A stretch of 64,000 bases of DNA from contig OY761611.1 in assembly GCA_963664875.1 (NCBI GenBank), positions 2,720,001 through 2,784,000 of the forward strand. Direction: 5' to 3'. Below are positions 10,391-21,455 of this stretch, in pieces. The first letter of the stretch is position 1. Every line of letters begins with the position of its first letter. This DNA comes from Candidatus Kapaibacterium sp. (lineage in GTDB: Bacteria; Bacteroidota; Ignavibacteria; Kapaibacteriales; UBA2268). The translations under genes were made by a program, and so were the position numbers. A model generated the notes under the pieces. The model had not been told where the DNA came from. It worked only from the letters and a program-made list of their open reading frames with translations, and did no database searches.

Positions 10391-10858
10391 ATGAAGTATA
10401 TTTGTTTACTGCTTGTGCTGATACTTGCTTCATGTAGCGAGGGGTTAGAACCGAATTTTAAGACCTTCCCTGAAAATAAAAGCAAAATATACGGCACTAT
10501 TACCTTCAAAGGTAGCTGGCCCATTGCTGATTCTCTTAAAGATTTGAGAGTAATCGGCATCAAAAATTTCCCGCCCAAAGATTTCCAAACTGCATTTTTC
10601 GCCGGAGATATCCTTTTTACAGAGGCTACTCTGAGTTACTATGTGCCTAGCATAAACTATGAAATTGTGGTCGATGATGCTCCATTGGCTATAGAGTATC
10701 TCGCAGTGGCTCAAAACTACGGAGGATTGCTCGAATGGAAAGCGGTTGGCGTATATAGTGCAGAGGGCGAACCGATTGTGCTTCAAGTGCAAAAGGGTAA
10801 ATCAATAGAAGCCAATTTTACAGTTGATTTTGACAATTTACCACCACAACCATTTTAG
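10391..10858 (+). CDS. Hypothetical lipoprotein
   Basis: Lipobox ILASC; directly upstream of the TonB-dependent receptor. Confidence 0.75.
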   Translation: MKYICLLLVLILASCSEGLEPNFKTFPENKSKIYGTITFKGSWPIADSLKDLRVIGIKNFPPKDFQTAFFAGDILFTEATLSYYVPSINYEIVVDDAPLAIEYLAVAQNYGGLLEWKAVGVYSAEGEPIVLQVQKGKSIEANFTVDFDNLPPQPF

Positions 10859-10865
10859 GATGTAT

Positions 10866-13034
10866 ATGAAAAATCTTATATATATGTGTTTGCTTCTCTT
10901 AAATAGTGCTTTAGTGTTTGGTAGTGCTGTCGAAGGTTATGTGATTGACGAAGAAAACAGAGGTGTTGTAGGTGCTACTATACGAATCGAAAACACTCAA
11001 AAAGGAACTTACGTAAAAGCAGCAAACGGTTATTTTAAAATAGATAAATTGGAAGACCAAAGTTTTACAATCATAGTTTCCTCAGTAGGAAAAGAAACTG
11101 TCAGATTGGAAAATTATCCTGCGAATCAGGCAAAAAAAATCAAACTTATTTCAAAAACTGTGAGAACAAAGTCAATTGATGTTTTTGGAAAAAAAAGCGG
11201 GAGTGCTATGCAGGAAATACCTATTTCAATTGCTGCAATTTTCCGTGAAGACATTGCTATACGTCCTAATTCTGATTTGGCTGCATCTCTGGATATTATT
11301 CCGGGCTTGCTTGTTACTGATGACCAGGTAAGCGTTCGGGGTTCGTCAGGCTTTTCCTTTGGGACAGGCTCGAGAGTTGGCTATATGATTGATGGTATTC
11401 CTATGCTTTCAGCTGATTTGAACGATGTAAAATTTGATATAATTCCCATGCAGGAAATTGAAACAGTTGAGGTAATCAAGGGAGCAGGTTCAGCACTTTA
11501 TGGCACGAGCGCACTTGGTGGAATAATAAATATGAAGACTATAAGTAGATTCGAGAGTACTCTGTCCGTTTCTCAGCATCTTGGTCTTTATACGGCACCT
11601 AAATATGAGACTTGGAAAATCTCTGATTATCCTCGATTTGAATCATCCACTAAACTATATTTTTCTCAGAAAGAGCTCTTTTCAGACTTAGATTTTAGCA
11701 TCGCTGGTCAGTACAATAAAGATGAAAGTTACCGGCTTTTCGATGAGCAGAGGAATTATAATATATCCACAACATTGCAATACAGATTTGGTCAGGGTGG
11801 ATTGAAATTCAGGATGTATGGTGCCGAATCAAAAAATCATGATTGGGTTTATTGGAATAGTCTTGATAGTGCAACCCGACCACCTGCAGGTAATGATAAC
11901 GAGGTAAAGCTAACAAGTCGAAAACTTGGATATTATTTATCAGGCAATTATTTGATAAACGACATTACAATCAATTTGAAGAATTCTTTGCTAAATACTC
12001 ACTTCTTCAATTCGCTTAATGAAGATGATACTGACTACAGAGAATCCGATGCAACTGCCTATTTTATTGCCTCTGATGTGCACGCATATCTGCTTGATAA
12101 TTTGTTTTTATCAGGTGGGAGCTCTTTTACTCTCAATGATGTTAATTCTTTTACCTACGGGAAGCACAATCAGAAGATATTTTCTTTGTTTTCGCAAATA
12201 GAGTATAAACTTCCGGAATTTATTCTAAACTTCGGTTTGCGAGCCGATAAAGAAAGCACTGATTCTATTTCCACAAAATGGCAGATTTCACCGAAGTTAG
12301 GTGTTTCTTACAAGCTGTGGGATGTTGATTTTAGAATGTCTGCAGGCAGTGGTTTCAGAGCTGCTGTAATCGGCGAAAAATTCGCAACGGCGAACTTTCA
12401 GGGCTTTGAAGTAATTGCAAATCCAAATTTGGGACCCGAAAAAAGCTGGTCTTTCGAAATTGGTGCAAAATTTGAAAAGACCCTCGCTGAAAATATGTTT
12501 TACGGGGTAGATATTTCGGTATTTGACAATGAAATGTACGACTTGATAGAGCCTACGGTCGAATCGGGTTCCGGCACTCAGATTATTTTCAAAAATCTTA
12601 CACGAGCACGAATCTTAGGAGCAGAAGCAGAGTTGAGGCTTGGAATGAAATATTTTATTTTAAGCACAGGCTTTACCTATCTTGACTCTAAAAATCTTGA
12701 TACAGACGAAACATTAAAATATAGAAATAAGTGGATGAGTAAAAGTTCGATAGTAAGCAAGTGGCAGGACTTATCAATGGCTCTGGACTATAAATATATG
12801 AGCAAACCGGACGCAATAGATGAGATACTTGGTCAGCAGGTAGAAGACCATGATGCTTATGTAAATATGCACATTGTCGATTTGTCTCTCAATTACGATT
12901 TTTCGAGCGTAGCATTACCTGTTACGATCAGCTTAGCTGCAAAGAATTTGTTAGACTACTACTACACAGAGATGGTTGGCAATCTCGCACCGACGAGAAA
13001 GATAATATTTGGTTTGGAATATAAAGTGTATTGA
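10866..13034 (+). CDS. TonB-dependent receptor
   Basis: Signal peptide, CarboxypepD-like N-domain, plug motifs (VSVRGSS, IETVEVIKGAGSALYG), NPNLGPEKS and a C-terminal beta strand. Start taken at the ATG after AGGA. Confidence 0.92.
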   Translation: MKNLIYMCLLLLNSALVFGSAVEGYVIDEENRGVVGATIRIENTQKGTYVKAANGYFKIDKLEDQSFTIIVSSVGKETVRLENYPANQAKKIKLISKTVRTKSIDVFGKKSGSAMQEIPISIAAIFREDIAIRPNSDLAASLDIIPGLLVTDDQVSVRGSSGFSFGTGSRVGYMIDGIPMLSADLNDVKFDIIPMQEIETVEVIKGAGSALYGTSALGGIINMKTISRFESTLSVSQHLGLYTAPKYETWKISDYPRFESSTKLYFSQKELFSDLDFSIAGQYNKDESYRLFDEQRNYNISTTLQYRFGQGGLKFRMYGAESKNHDWVYWNSLDSATRPPAGNDNEVKLTSRKLGYYLSGNYLINDITINLKNSLLNTHFFNSLNEDDTDYRESDATAYFIASDVHAYLLDNLFLSGGSSFTLNDVNSFTYGKHNQKIFSLFSQIEYKLPEFILNFGLRADKESTDSISTKWQISPKLGVSYKLWDVDFRMSAGSGFRAAVIGEKFATANFQGFEVIANPNLGPEKSWSFEIGAKFEKTLAENMFYGVDISVFDNEMYDLIEPTVESGSGTQIIFKNLTRARILGAEAELRLGMKYFILSTGFTYLDSKNLDTDETLKYRNKWMSKSSIVSKWQDLSMALDYKYMSKPDAIDEILGQQVEDHDAYVNMHIVDLSLNYDFSSVALPVTISLAAKNLLDYYYTEMVGNLAPTRKIIFGLEYKVY

Positions 13035-13189
13035 TGTCTCAAATTCCTTACAATTTAGATACTGCTAAATTCATTTGTTCTTTAGTACTACTATACTTAT
13101 TTTTGTAGCTTAGTGTAAACTCTTTTTTATTCAAAACAAGATAAAAAGCAAAATAGACATATTTTTTTATAACATAATTGGAGTATCCA

Positions 13190-16030
13190 ATGCCAAAGAA
13201 CGTGAAATTTGTATATTATTTCGGTGGTAAAAAGGCAGAAGGCACATCATCAATGAAAAATCTTCTTGGTGGTAAAGGTGCTAACTTGGCGGAAATGATC
13301 AATATCGGTTTGCCGGTTCCTCCGGGCTTTACTCTTTCTACAGAACTTTGTACATACTACTATAAAAACGACAAAACATACCCTGCTTCTGTGAAAGAAG
13401 AAGTAGATAATGCAATCAAAAAATTGGAAAAAGAAATGGGTATGAAATTCGGCGATGCTGAAAATCCACTTCTTTTCTCAGTTCGTTCAGGTGCAAGAGT
13501 TTCTATGCCTGGTATGATGGATACAGTTTTGAACCTTGGTCTAAACGACAAAACAGTTCAAGGCTTGGCAAAAAGAAGCGGAAACGAAAGATTTGCTTTC
13601 GACTCTTACCGCCGTTTTGTAGCTATGTATGGCGATGTGGTATTGGATATGAAACCACAAACTAAAGACGATATTGACCCATTCGAAGAAATCTTAGACA
13701 AGAAAAAAGAAGCTCGTGGCGTTAAGCTTGATGTTGAGCTTACTACTGAAGATTTGAAAGAATTGGTTCAAGAATTCAAAGCTGCTATCAAAGCTATCAA
13801 AGGTATCGAATTCCCTGAAAATCCAAAAGAACAGCTTTGGGGTGCTATCAATGCTGTATTTGGTTCTTGGATGAATGAAAGAGCTATTTACTACCGCAGA
13901 ATGAACAATTTCCCAGAAGAATGGGGTACAGCTGTAAACGTTCAGACTATGGTATTTGGTAACTCAGGCGAAGATTCAGGTACAGGTGTTGCATTTACAC
14001 GCGATGCTGCAACAGGTGAAAACTACTTCTATGGCGAATTCTTGATGAACGCTCAAGGTGAAGACGTTGTGGCAGGTACTCGTACTCCTCATAAAATTGA
14101 AAAATTGAAAGAAATTGATGCTGATGCTTACAACAAATTATTAGAAATCAGAGCAATTTTAGAAAATCACTACCGCGATATGCAGGATGTTGAGTTTACT
14201 ATCCAAAACAAAAAACTTTGGATGCTTCAAACTCGTAACGGTAAACGTACTGCAATGGCTGCAATTAAAATCGCTTACGACATGGTAAAAGAAGGTTTCA
14301 TCAAACCAAAAGAAGCTTTGATGAGAATAGAGCCTGATCAGTTGAACCAACTTCTTCGCCCAGTATTCAACCTAGACGAAAAAGCTAAAGCCCTTAAAGA
14401 AGGTAAACTTCTTGCTAAAGGTTTGAATGCCGGTCCGGGTGCTGCTACAGGTAAAGTTTATTTCAACGCAGAAGACGCTGTAGAAGCTGCTCAACGCGGT
14501 GAAAAAGTGTTATTGGTTCGTATCGAAACTTCTCCTGAAGATATTGCCGGTATGGATGCTTCCGAAGGTATCTTGACAGCTCGTGGCGGTATGACTTCTC
14601 ACGCTGCACTTGTTGCTCGTCAGATGGGTAAAGTTTGCGTTGCCGGCTGCGGTGAATTATTAGTTGACTACAAAAAACGCCAGTTTGGTGTTGAGGGCTC
14701 TAATGTAGTGGTTAAACAAGGTGACTTTATCTCTATCGATGGTAGCACAGGTGAAGTAATCGTAGGCCAAATCCCTACTAAACCATCTGAAGTAATCGAA
14801 GTATTGATTGATGGAACTTTAAAAGAAGAAGATGCACCGTTCTACCAAATGTATGCTCAGATTATGAAATGGGCAGACAAATATCGCAAATTAAACATTC
14901 GTACTAATGCTGATCAACCTGACCAAGCTACAAATGCTGTAAAATTTGGTGCTGAAGGTATTGGTCTTTGCCGTACTGAGCACATGTTCTTTGGTGAAGG
15001 TAAAATTGGCCCGATGCGCGAAATGATTCTTTCTTCTAATGTTGAAGGTCGTAAAAAAGCATTAGCTAAAATTCTTCCTTTCCAAAGAGAAGACTTCGCC
15101 GGTATCTTCAGAGCTATGGATGGTCGTCCTGTAACAATCAGAACTATTGACCCACCATTGCATGAATTCTTGCCACACGAAGAAGCAGAACAAAAAGCAT
15201 TAGCTAAAGACATGGGTGTTGATTTCAAAGTAATCAAAGACAGAGTAGCTGCTCTTCACGAATTTAACCCTATGCTTGGTTTCCGCGGTGTTCGTCTTGG
15301 TCTTATTTATCCTGAAATTACTGAAATGCAGGCTCGTGCTATTTTCGAAGCTACAGTAGAAGTAATCAAAGGTGGACAGAAAGTATTGCCTGAAGTGATG
15401 ATTCCGCTTGTAGGTAATGTAAAAGAATTGAAATCTCAGGAAGTAGTTGTACGCCGTGTAGCTGCAGAAGTTATGAAAGAAACAGGCGTAGAATTCGAAT
15501 ACTTAGTAGGTACAATGATTGAAATACCTCGCGGTGCTATCACTGCCGGTCAAATCGCTGAAACTGCTGAGTTCTTCTCATTTGGTACAAATGACTTGAC
15601 TCAAACTACCTTGGGTGTGAGCCGTGACGATGCAGGTAGATTCTTACCTGAATACGTAAACAGAGACATCTATGCGGTAGATCCTTTTGTTTCTATCGAC
15701 CAGGAAGGTGTTGGTTTCTTATTGAAACATGCAGTTGCTGAAGGTAGAAAAGCAAGAAAAGGTATCAAATTAGGTATCTGCGGTGAGCACGGTGGTGATC
15801 CTCGCTCAGTAGAATTCTGCCATCAGGTTGGCTTGAACTATGTTTCATGCTCTCCATTTAGAGTTCCTATAGCTCGCTTGGCTGCTGCTAGAATAGCAAT
15901 CAAAGAAAGCGTAGCTGAAAAAGCAGAAAAAGAAACTAAAAAAGCTAAAAAATCAGACAAAAAATCAGACAAAAAATCTTCAAAAAAATCTGATAAAAAA
16001 GACAACAAGAAAAAATCTAAAAAGAAATAA
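13190..16030 (+). CDS. ppdK: Pyruvate, phosphate dikinase
   Basis: [36 protein letters not shown] (phospho-His), [11 protein letters not shown] and [15 protein letters not shown] before ATG 13190. Confidence 0.98.
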   Translation: MPKNVKFVYYFGGKKAEGTSSMKNLLGGKGANLAEMINIGLPVPPGFTLSTELCTYYYKNDKTYPASVKEEVDNAIKKLEKEMGMKFGDAENPLLFSVRSGARVSMPGMMDTVLNLGLNDKTVQGLAKRSGNERFAFDSYRRFVAMYGDVVLDMKPQTKDDIDPFEEILDKKKEARGVKLDVELTTEDLKELVQEFKAAIKAIKGIEFPENPKEQLWGAINAVFGSWMNERAIYYRRMNNFPEEWGTAVNVQTMVFGNSGEDSGTGVAFTRDAATGENYFYGEFLMNAQGEDVVAGTRTPHKIEKLKEIDADAYNKLLEIRAILENHYRDMQDVEFTIQNKKLWMLQTRNGKRTAMAAIKIAYDMVKEGFIKPKEALMRIEPDQLNQLLRPVFNLDEKAKALKEGKLLAKGLNAGPGAATGKVYFNAEDAVEAAQRGEKVLLVRIETSPEDIAGMDASEGILTARGGMTSHAALVARQMGKVCVAGCGELLVDYKKRQFGVEGSNVVVKQGDFISIDGSTGEVIVGQIPTKPSEVIEVLIDGTLKEEDAPFYQMYAQIMKWADKYRKLNIRTNADQPDQATNAVKFGAEGIGLCRTEHMFFGEGKIGPMREMILSSNVEGRKKALAKILPFQREDFAGIFRAMDGRPVTIRTIDPPLHEFLPHEEAEQKALAKDMGVDFKVIKDRVAALHEFNPMLGFRGVRLGLIYPEITEMQARAIFEATVEVIKGGQKVLPEVMIPLVGNVKELKSQEVVVRRVAAEVMKETGVEFEYLVGTMIEIPRGAITAGQIAETAEFFSFGTNDLTQTTLGVSRDDAGRFLPEYVNRDIYAVDPFVSIDQEGVGFLLKHAVAEGRKARKGIKLGICGEHGGDPRSVEFCHQVGLNYVSCSPFRVPIARLAAARIAIKESVAEKAEKETKKAKKSDKKSDKKSSKKSDKKDNKKKSKKK

Positions 16031-16060
16031 TTCTATAATTAGATTTTTCAAATAGCAAAC

Positions 16061-16097
16061 AAAGCCGCTCCGGATTCCAATTCAGAGCGGCTTTTTT
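16061..16097 (+). terminator. Intrinsic terminator after ppdK
   Basis: AAAGCCGCTC...GAGCGGCTTT followed by a T run. Confidence 0.85.
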
Positions 16098-16327
16098 AGA
16101 ATTAGAAATCTCGCGTGCAGAATGATTAGCAACATACCATTACTTCTATTTATAATAGAAGCATATCTACAATCCAGTCTATCAAATACTTGCCTTTTCT
16201 CGTATGGCTTATTACAAATTATCTATATAAAGCACTATTTGTAAAATTAATCTAATAAAAATTCGTCGCGTCAGATAGACAAAGACATAGATTAGTTTTG
16301 TATATAAAATATAGAGAGTTAAAAAAA

Positions 16328-17314
16328 ATGGCAAATTTAACAACCAAGTATATGGGGTTGACACTTCGCAATCCATTAGTGATAGGTAGCTCAGGCCTTA
16401 CTGAAAGTTTGGACAAAATCAAACACCTATACGAAAAAGGTGCGGGTGCAGTAGTTTTAAAATCACTTTTTGAAGAAGAAATTCAGGCAGAAATGCGTCA
16501 AGCAATGCATCAGGCAGGCACACCCGGCACAATTTATCCGGAAATATTTGACTTTTTTGACTATGATGACATGGAAGACTCTGTAAGTAAATATTTATTC
16601 CTTATCGAAGATGCTAAAAAAGCAGTTGATATCCCTGTTATAGCTTCTGTGAATGCAGTTTCTTCGAATGAATGGACATCTTTTGCTAAAAGAATAGAGG
16701 CAGCAGGAGCAGATGCAATTGAATTAAACGCTTTTATTTTACCTTCAGATGTGAATAGATCCTCAGAGCAAAATGAGCAAATCTATTTTGATATTATAGA
16801 AAAAGTAAAAAAAGAAGTTTCAATTCCGATAGCAATGAAGATTAGCTATTACTTCTCAAATCTTGGTCAGATGATTCAAAAATTGTCTCAAACCGGCATC
16901 GCATCACTAGTTCTTTTCAATAGATTTTATAGCCCGGATTTTGACATAAATAATTTTACGGTCAATAGTGCAAGTGTACTGAGCACACCAGGAGAATTGC
17001 CAATTTCTTTGCGATGGATTGCTATCATGGCAAACAGAGTTAATTGTGATTTGGCTGCTTCCACAGGGGTACATGACGGAAGTGCTGTTATCAAGCAACT
17101 ATTGGCGGGTGCAAATGCAGTGCAGATAGCTTCTACACTTTACAAAAACGGACCTGAATATCTTGAAAAAATGTTGATTGATTTGGAAAACTGGATGCAC
17201 GATCATGATTATGACTCAATCGATGATTTCCGTGGTAAACTCAGCTACGAAAAAGCAGCCAATCCGGCAGCCTTAGAAAGAGTTCAATTTATGAAGCATT
17301 TTAGCGGCAAATAA
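16328..17314 (+). CDS. Dihydroorotate dehydrogenase-like protein
   Basis: LTTKYMGLTLRNPLV, GAVVLKSLFEEEI, LVLFNRFY, LAASTGVH, KQLLAGA and ERVQF motifs. Confidence 0.9.
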   Translation: MANLTTKYMGLTLRNPLVIGSSGLTESLDKIKHLYEKGAGAVVLKSLFEEEIQAEMRQAMHQAGTPGTIYPEIFDFFDYDDMEDSVSKYLFLIEDAKKAVDIPVIASVNAVSSNEWTSFAKRIEAAGADAIELNAFILPSDVNRSSEQNEQIYFDIIEKVKKEVSIPIAMKISYYFSNLGQMIQKLSQTGIASLVLFNRFYSPDFDINNFTVNSASVLSTPGELPISLRWIAIMANRVNCDLAASTGVHDGSAVIKQLLAGANAVQIASTLYKNGPEYLEKMLIDLENWMHDHDYDSIDDFRGKLSYEKAANPAALERVQFMKHFSGK

Positions 17315-17319
17315 TTTTC

Positions 17320-17365
17320 TTTTATCAAAGCCCTGCTGTGTCAAAAATAGCAGGGCTTTGATAAA
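17320..17365. terminator. Long hairpin / terminator
   Basis: TTTTATCAAAGCCCTGCT...AGCAGGGCTTTGATAAAA. Confidence 0.8.
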
Positions 17366-17527
17366 ATAATATCTCTTGAATTACCCTAGATTTTCTTTAA
17401 ATGCCAAATATTAACTTACCTTTTAATACGTATCTAAATATACCTAAATATCATTTTTTTAACTTGCAATACAATGTCTATTGTTGTATTCTTGCATAGT
17501 AGCATATCTATATTTTTTGAGACCACT

Positions 17528-18874
17528 ATGAAGCAGATCAAATTAAGTGCAGAAGAACAATTGCAGCGTCTTGTCTCTCAACTTAAAGCAGAAAAAGATG
17601 CTCTTTCTTCGAAAATTCAAAAGCAGGATCAGGAACTCTCCGAGCTTTTGATTTATTCGGAAATGGTAGTTGTCGAATCTACACTTGATATGAAAATTCT
17701 AAATTATTATGGCGATATAGAATATGTATTCGAAAATGTTGCCAAACAGGTCGAGCGCGGTGCTAATCTTACTATGCTGGTAGCAAAAGCTACTCAGGAG
17801 ACTAAAAGCAGAGCTGACGATTCTGATAAAGAAGACATCGTCGATGTGGTAACTAAGTTTGTGCAGAGTCCGAGAACCGAAAAGAAGATAGAAATATTGG
17901 GTGTCAAAGATGAGAGTGGAGAGCTGTTCCTGCTTGACTGGAAAATGAAAAAGACCGGTAAAATGTTGAAATCTTACTTTAAGATAACTCCTACCAATAA
18001 TATCATCAAGCAAACTACGGAAAAATTTGAAAGAGCCCTTGATGATAAAGACAAATTTTATGGTCAAGTGTTCGAATATTCGCATAGAGGTGTTACCATC
18101 CTTAATCCTGATGGTAAAATAATCTATATCAATACTGCAGCTAAGGATATGTTTGTCTCCAGCGACAATAAACTTATCAAAACTGAATCGCTTATAGGAA
18201 GAACCTTTTATGAGATATTTATAAATGATGATGCCGAAACAACTAAAGAAAGACAAGCTAAAAGCAATCAGGCTTATATCACCAAATCAAGCGTCTCGTT
18301 TATCATCCGCACACATGATGGCGAAATCAAGTATGAAATTCATCCCTTGCTCGACAGAAAACGTAATGTAGCTGCTCTATCTATTTTTACTACTCTGCTC
18401 AATAGCGGACAAAACAACGCTTTAGATTCTAAAAAACTTATGAGTACGCTAAAGACTTTATATGAAGAGAAATCTGTGCTGGCAGAAAGAATAAAAGAAT
18501 TGGAATATAACCACCAATGGCTTATGAAAAACAGTCGCGATGTGGACAATCAACGAAAAAAACTATATTTCTTTCTAAATAGTTTGCCAATTCCAATTTC
18601 TGTTGTTGATTTAAAAACAAAAAAATACGATTTTGTAAATAGAGAGTTTGAGCTAAAAATCAAAAAGAAAAGAGATGATATTATTGGATTCAGAGAGGTG
18701 CAGGTTTTCACTCAGATAGAAGCAGATTTTTTTGATAATTTGCTGCTGCAGGGTATTGAGTCCAAAGATGCAATACAATTTAGTGGTTTGGTGTTTGAAG
18801 GTGTGCAATCCACAATCAAAAGCCAGCAGGACACTCCACTTTATGCAATTAGAGTATTTACAAAAATTAAATAA
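17528..18874 (+). CDS. PAS-domain and coiled-coil protein
   Basis: PAS-like segments GVTILNPDGKIIYINTAA..LIGR and LNSLPIPISVVD..YDFVNREFE..IIG separated by coiled coils. Confidence 0.65.
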   Translation: MKQIKLSAEEQLQRLVSQLKAEKDALSSKIQKQDQELSELLIYSEMVVVESTLDMKILNYYGDIEYVFENVAKQVERGANLTMLVAKATQETKSRADDSDKEDIVDVVTKFVQSPRTEKKIEILGVKDESGELFLLDWKMKKTGKMLKSYFKITPTNNIIKQTTEKFERALDDKDKFYGQVFEYSHRGVTILNPDGKIIYINTAAKDMFVSSDNKLIKTESLIGRTFYEIFINDDAETTKERQAKSNQAYITKSSVSFIIRTHDGEIKYEIHPLLDRKRNVAALSIFTTLLNSGQNNALDSKKLMSTLKTLYEEKSVLAERIKELEYNHQWLMKNSRDVDNQRKKLYFFLNSLPIPISVVDLKTKKYDFVNREFELKIKKKRDDIIGFREVQVFTQIEADFFDNLLLQGIESKDAIQFSGLVFEGVQSTIKSQQDTPLYAIRVFTKIK

Positions 18875-18886
18875 GGAACAAAACTA

Positions 18887-19396
18887 ATGGATAAACCCTT
18901 GGTCGGAATTATAATGGGCAGCGATTCTGATTTGCCTACAATGCAGCCTGCTGCTGAGATTTGTGAAGAGTTTGGCGTACCTTATGAAATCAGAGTTATT
19001 TCTGCACATAGAACACCTATGGACATGGCAGAATATGGAATGACTGCGCATAAAAGAGGTATAAAAGTTATCATAGCAGGAGCCGGCGGGGCTGCTCATC
19101 TTCCCGGCATGACGGCATCATTTACTCCATTACCGGTGATAGGTGTACCCGTCAAATCAAGTACATTAAGCGGCGTAGATTCGTTGCACTCAGTAGTCCA
19201 AATGCCTCCGGGAGTGCCTGTTGCGACAGTTGCAATCAGCGGTGGAAAAAATGCCGGTTTGCTGGCGATGCAAATACTTGGTGTTGCAGACAATGCCATC
19301 ATGGAAAAAATGATAAGCTATAAAGAAACAATGGCTGAAGAGTCGAGAGCAAAAAACGACAACCCTGCTTTTACACAAATACCTTTTAGAGATTAA
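18887..19396 (+). CDS. purE: N5-carboxyaminoimidazole ribonucleotide mutase
   Basis: [30 protein letters not shown] and [11 protein letters not shown]. Confidence 0.98.
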   Translation: MDKPLVGIIMGSDSDLPTMQPAAEICEEFGVPYEIRVISAHRTPMDMAEYGMTAHKRGIKVIIAGAGGAAHLPGMTASFTPLPVIGVPVKSSTLSGVDSLHSVVQMPPGVPVATVAISGGKNAGLLAMQILGVADNAIMEKMISYKETMAEESRAKNDNPAFTQIPFRD

Positions 19397-19435
19397 AAAA
19401 GATAGTCTCATCCTATTTTTCAGTAATATGTAAAA

Positions 19436-19473
19436 AAACGGCGTATATAGATATTTTTCTTTACACGCCGTTT
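19436..19473. terminator. Bidirectional terminator
   Basis: AAACGGCGT...ACGCCGTTT between convergent genes. Confidence 0.7.
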
Positions 19474-19497
19474 ACTTTTTTGACTTTTGTCTGATGT

Positions 19498-20250
19498 TTA
19501 TATTAGCTTCATTTTGATTTGTTCGCCGGTTTTTAGAGTTACATAGACTCCGACGAGGCCGAATTTGTGATTGGCTATATATTCAATCTCCTGAACAATC
19601 GGGTCGTCAGCTAAAGCTTTCTCTTTTACTCTTATAACTTTAATATCAAAAAATCCCCACGAAAAATCATCTGTGGTAGATTTATAGGTTACTTCGCGTG
19701 TGATAGTTTTACCGTCTTCTCTTGTGAATGAATACTTATCACCAACATTCGAATCATATTTCACTATGGTAAATGGTTTGGAAGTATTCCCGCCACTATG
19801 TCGAAAATCCTGAATACCTTCGCTTGTTACTTTGCCTTTAGCTTCAAAATCAACTTTGATATTGTGCGTATCAGATATATCGAGTTTGAAATTAAAAGGT
19901 TCAAAATATGAGGTAGCTAATGAAATTTTGTCATCTACCGGCAAATTTTGAAGACCGAAAATTGTATCGAGCACTTTAAGATCCTCGATATCAAAGGTCA
20001 TGTGGTATTCAGCAGTAATAATTCCATTTTCGTTTTTAGTAATCACCGCTTCGTTGTTTATTCTGCTTATTTTCCCGTTAGTAAGTTCGTCGTAATTAAA
20101 ACTTCCGATGTACTTTGTACCAACTTTAGTAATGTCAAGGTCAGTAGAACCTCCAATAACATTCGGGTCGTCCGAAGGGTCGTTTGAATTGTCGCATGCT
20201 ACCCACATAAAAGTAGATAATAAGAAAAGAAGTAAATACGTTTTTTTCAT
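19498..20250 (-). CDS. Hypothetical lipoprotein
   Basis: Lipobox WVAC; C-terminal ANHKFGLV. Confidence 0.75.
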   Translation of the reverse strand: MKKTYLLLFLLSTFMWVACDNSNDPSDDPNVIGGSTDLDITKVGTKYIGSFNYDELTNGKISRINNEAVITKNENGIITAEYHMTFDIEDLKVLDTIFGLQNLPVDDKISLATSYFEPFNFKLDISDTHNIKVDFEAKGKVTSEGIQDFRHSGGNTSKPFTIVKYDSNVGDKYSFTREDGKTITREVTYKSTTDDFSWGFFDIKVIRVKEKALADDPIVQEIEYIANHKFGLVGVYVTLKTGEQIKMKLI

Positions 20251-20329
20251 AGTAAATCCCCTAAGTATATGATGTTAAATGCTAACATAGTAAAAAATAT
20301 GTTAATACTTAAAACGAATTTATAATAAA

Positions 20330-21286
20330 TCAGTCTTCTTCGACACATACTTCTTTGCTCAAAACAGCTCTAATTGTTTTAACGGATAATAAACTAACCA
20401 TTGTTACTAATAATATGAAAAATCCTGTTGCAATGTAGAAATAAAACTCCTTGTGTGTCAGATGGAACATTTGGACAGATGCCAAACTTATTGCAGCAAG
20501 AGGGAATGTATAAGCCCACCAGGATAGGAAGAATTTGATTTTAAAAAAGCGCGGCATCTGATAAAGCAAGAATATGGACAGAAACAGTGCAAAGAAATAC
20601 ATAATATTTGCAAAGGCATCTAAGCCATTGCCTAATTTTATATATGAAATAAGTCCTATAGCCGGAGGTGCTATCATTATAAAAAATGTTGGCAACAGCT
20701 TTTGCGGAAGAGGGTTATGAAATATTATTCTATACATAAATACTGTCAAAAGGACAATCCAAAAGACAAAGCCAATAGAATAAAAGAACCATGACACTTC
20801 CAGAGGGGCATGCGAAGTTCCGGCTACCGGTACGATGATATTACCGACTATAGGAATAAACCAGGAAGGATTGATATGCTTGAGCTCAAAGTGCTCATGA
20901 TAAATCCAAACAGATAAAATTTTCATAGTAAATAGAAAATGCAGCATTGTGCCTATTAGCCAAGAGTAAAACGAAATTTCTTTACTATGCGGCAGAAGGA
21001 AAACTGAAAACAGAAGCAAACTAATCGAAATTGTAGGGAAAAAGTTGATTTTGATTGGATGATAAAAATCCTTAATAACTTCGCTTCTATAAGTGAAAAA
21101 CTTAACTGCAAAAATGCTTAAAAGCATCGTAAATAGTGCGACCGTAATGAAAAACATTATCCATTGAAAATGCTGCCCCAAAATACTCGATAGTTTTTGA
21201 GATACGATAGACAAACCGGACATGCCTAAAATAATTGCAAAGAATGAAACCGGAAAGTTTTTGATGCGTAACATCTTTTCCATCAA
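20330..21286 (-). CDS. SLAC1/TehA (TDT) family anion channel
   Basis: FPVSFFAIILG, NPSWFIPIVGN, LPTFFIMIAPPA and SWWAYTFP; about 10 TM segments. Confidence 0.92.
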   Translation of the reverse strand: MMEKMLRIKNFPVSFFAIILGMSGLSIVSQKLSSILGQHFQWIMFFITVALFTMLLSIFAVKFFTYRSEVIKDFYHPIKINFFPTISISLLLFSVFLLPHSKEISFYSWLIGTMLHFLFTMKILSVWIYHEHFELKHINPSWFIPIVGNIIVPVAGTSHAPLEVSWFFYSIGFVFWIVLLTVFMYRIIFHNPLPQKLLPTFFIMIAPPAIGLISYIKLGNGLDAFANIMYFFALFLSIFLLYQMPRFFKIKFFLSWWAYTFPLAAISLASVQMFHLTHKEFYFYIATGFFILLVTMVSLLSVKTIRAVLSKEVCVEED

Positions 21287-21455
21287 TTTTAACCTTTTAA
21301 AATATTGCCAAGAAGTAATATAGACTAAAATAGTCTTATTTGATTGTTGCTACAAATAAATGTTTTTCAGCATACATAAAGCAACGTATGTGGAAAAACT
21401 TAAGTTTGGATTTATTACATTTGTAGTCTGATAAAATAAGTTTTGGAGAATCGAA

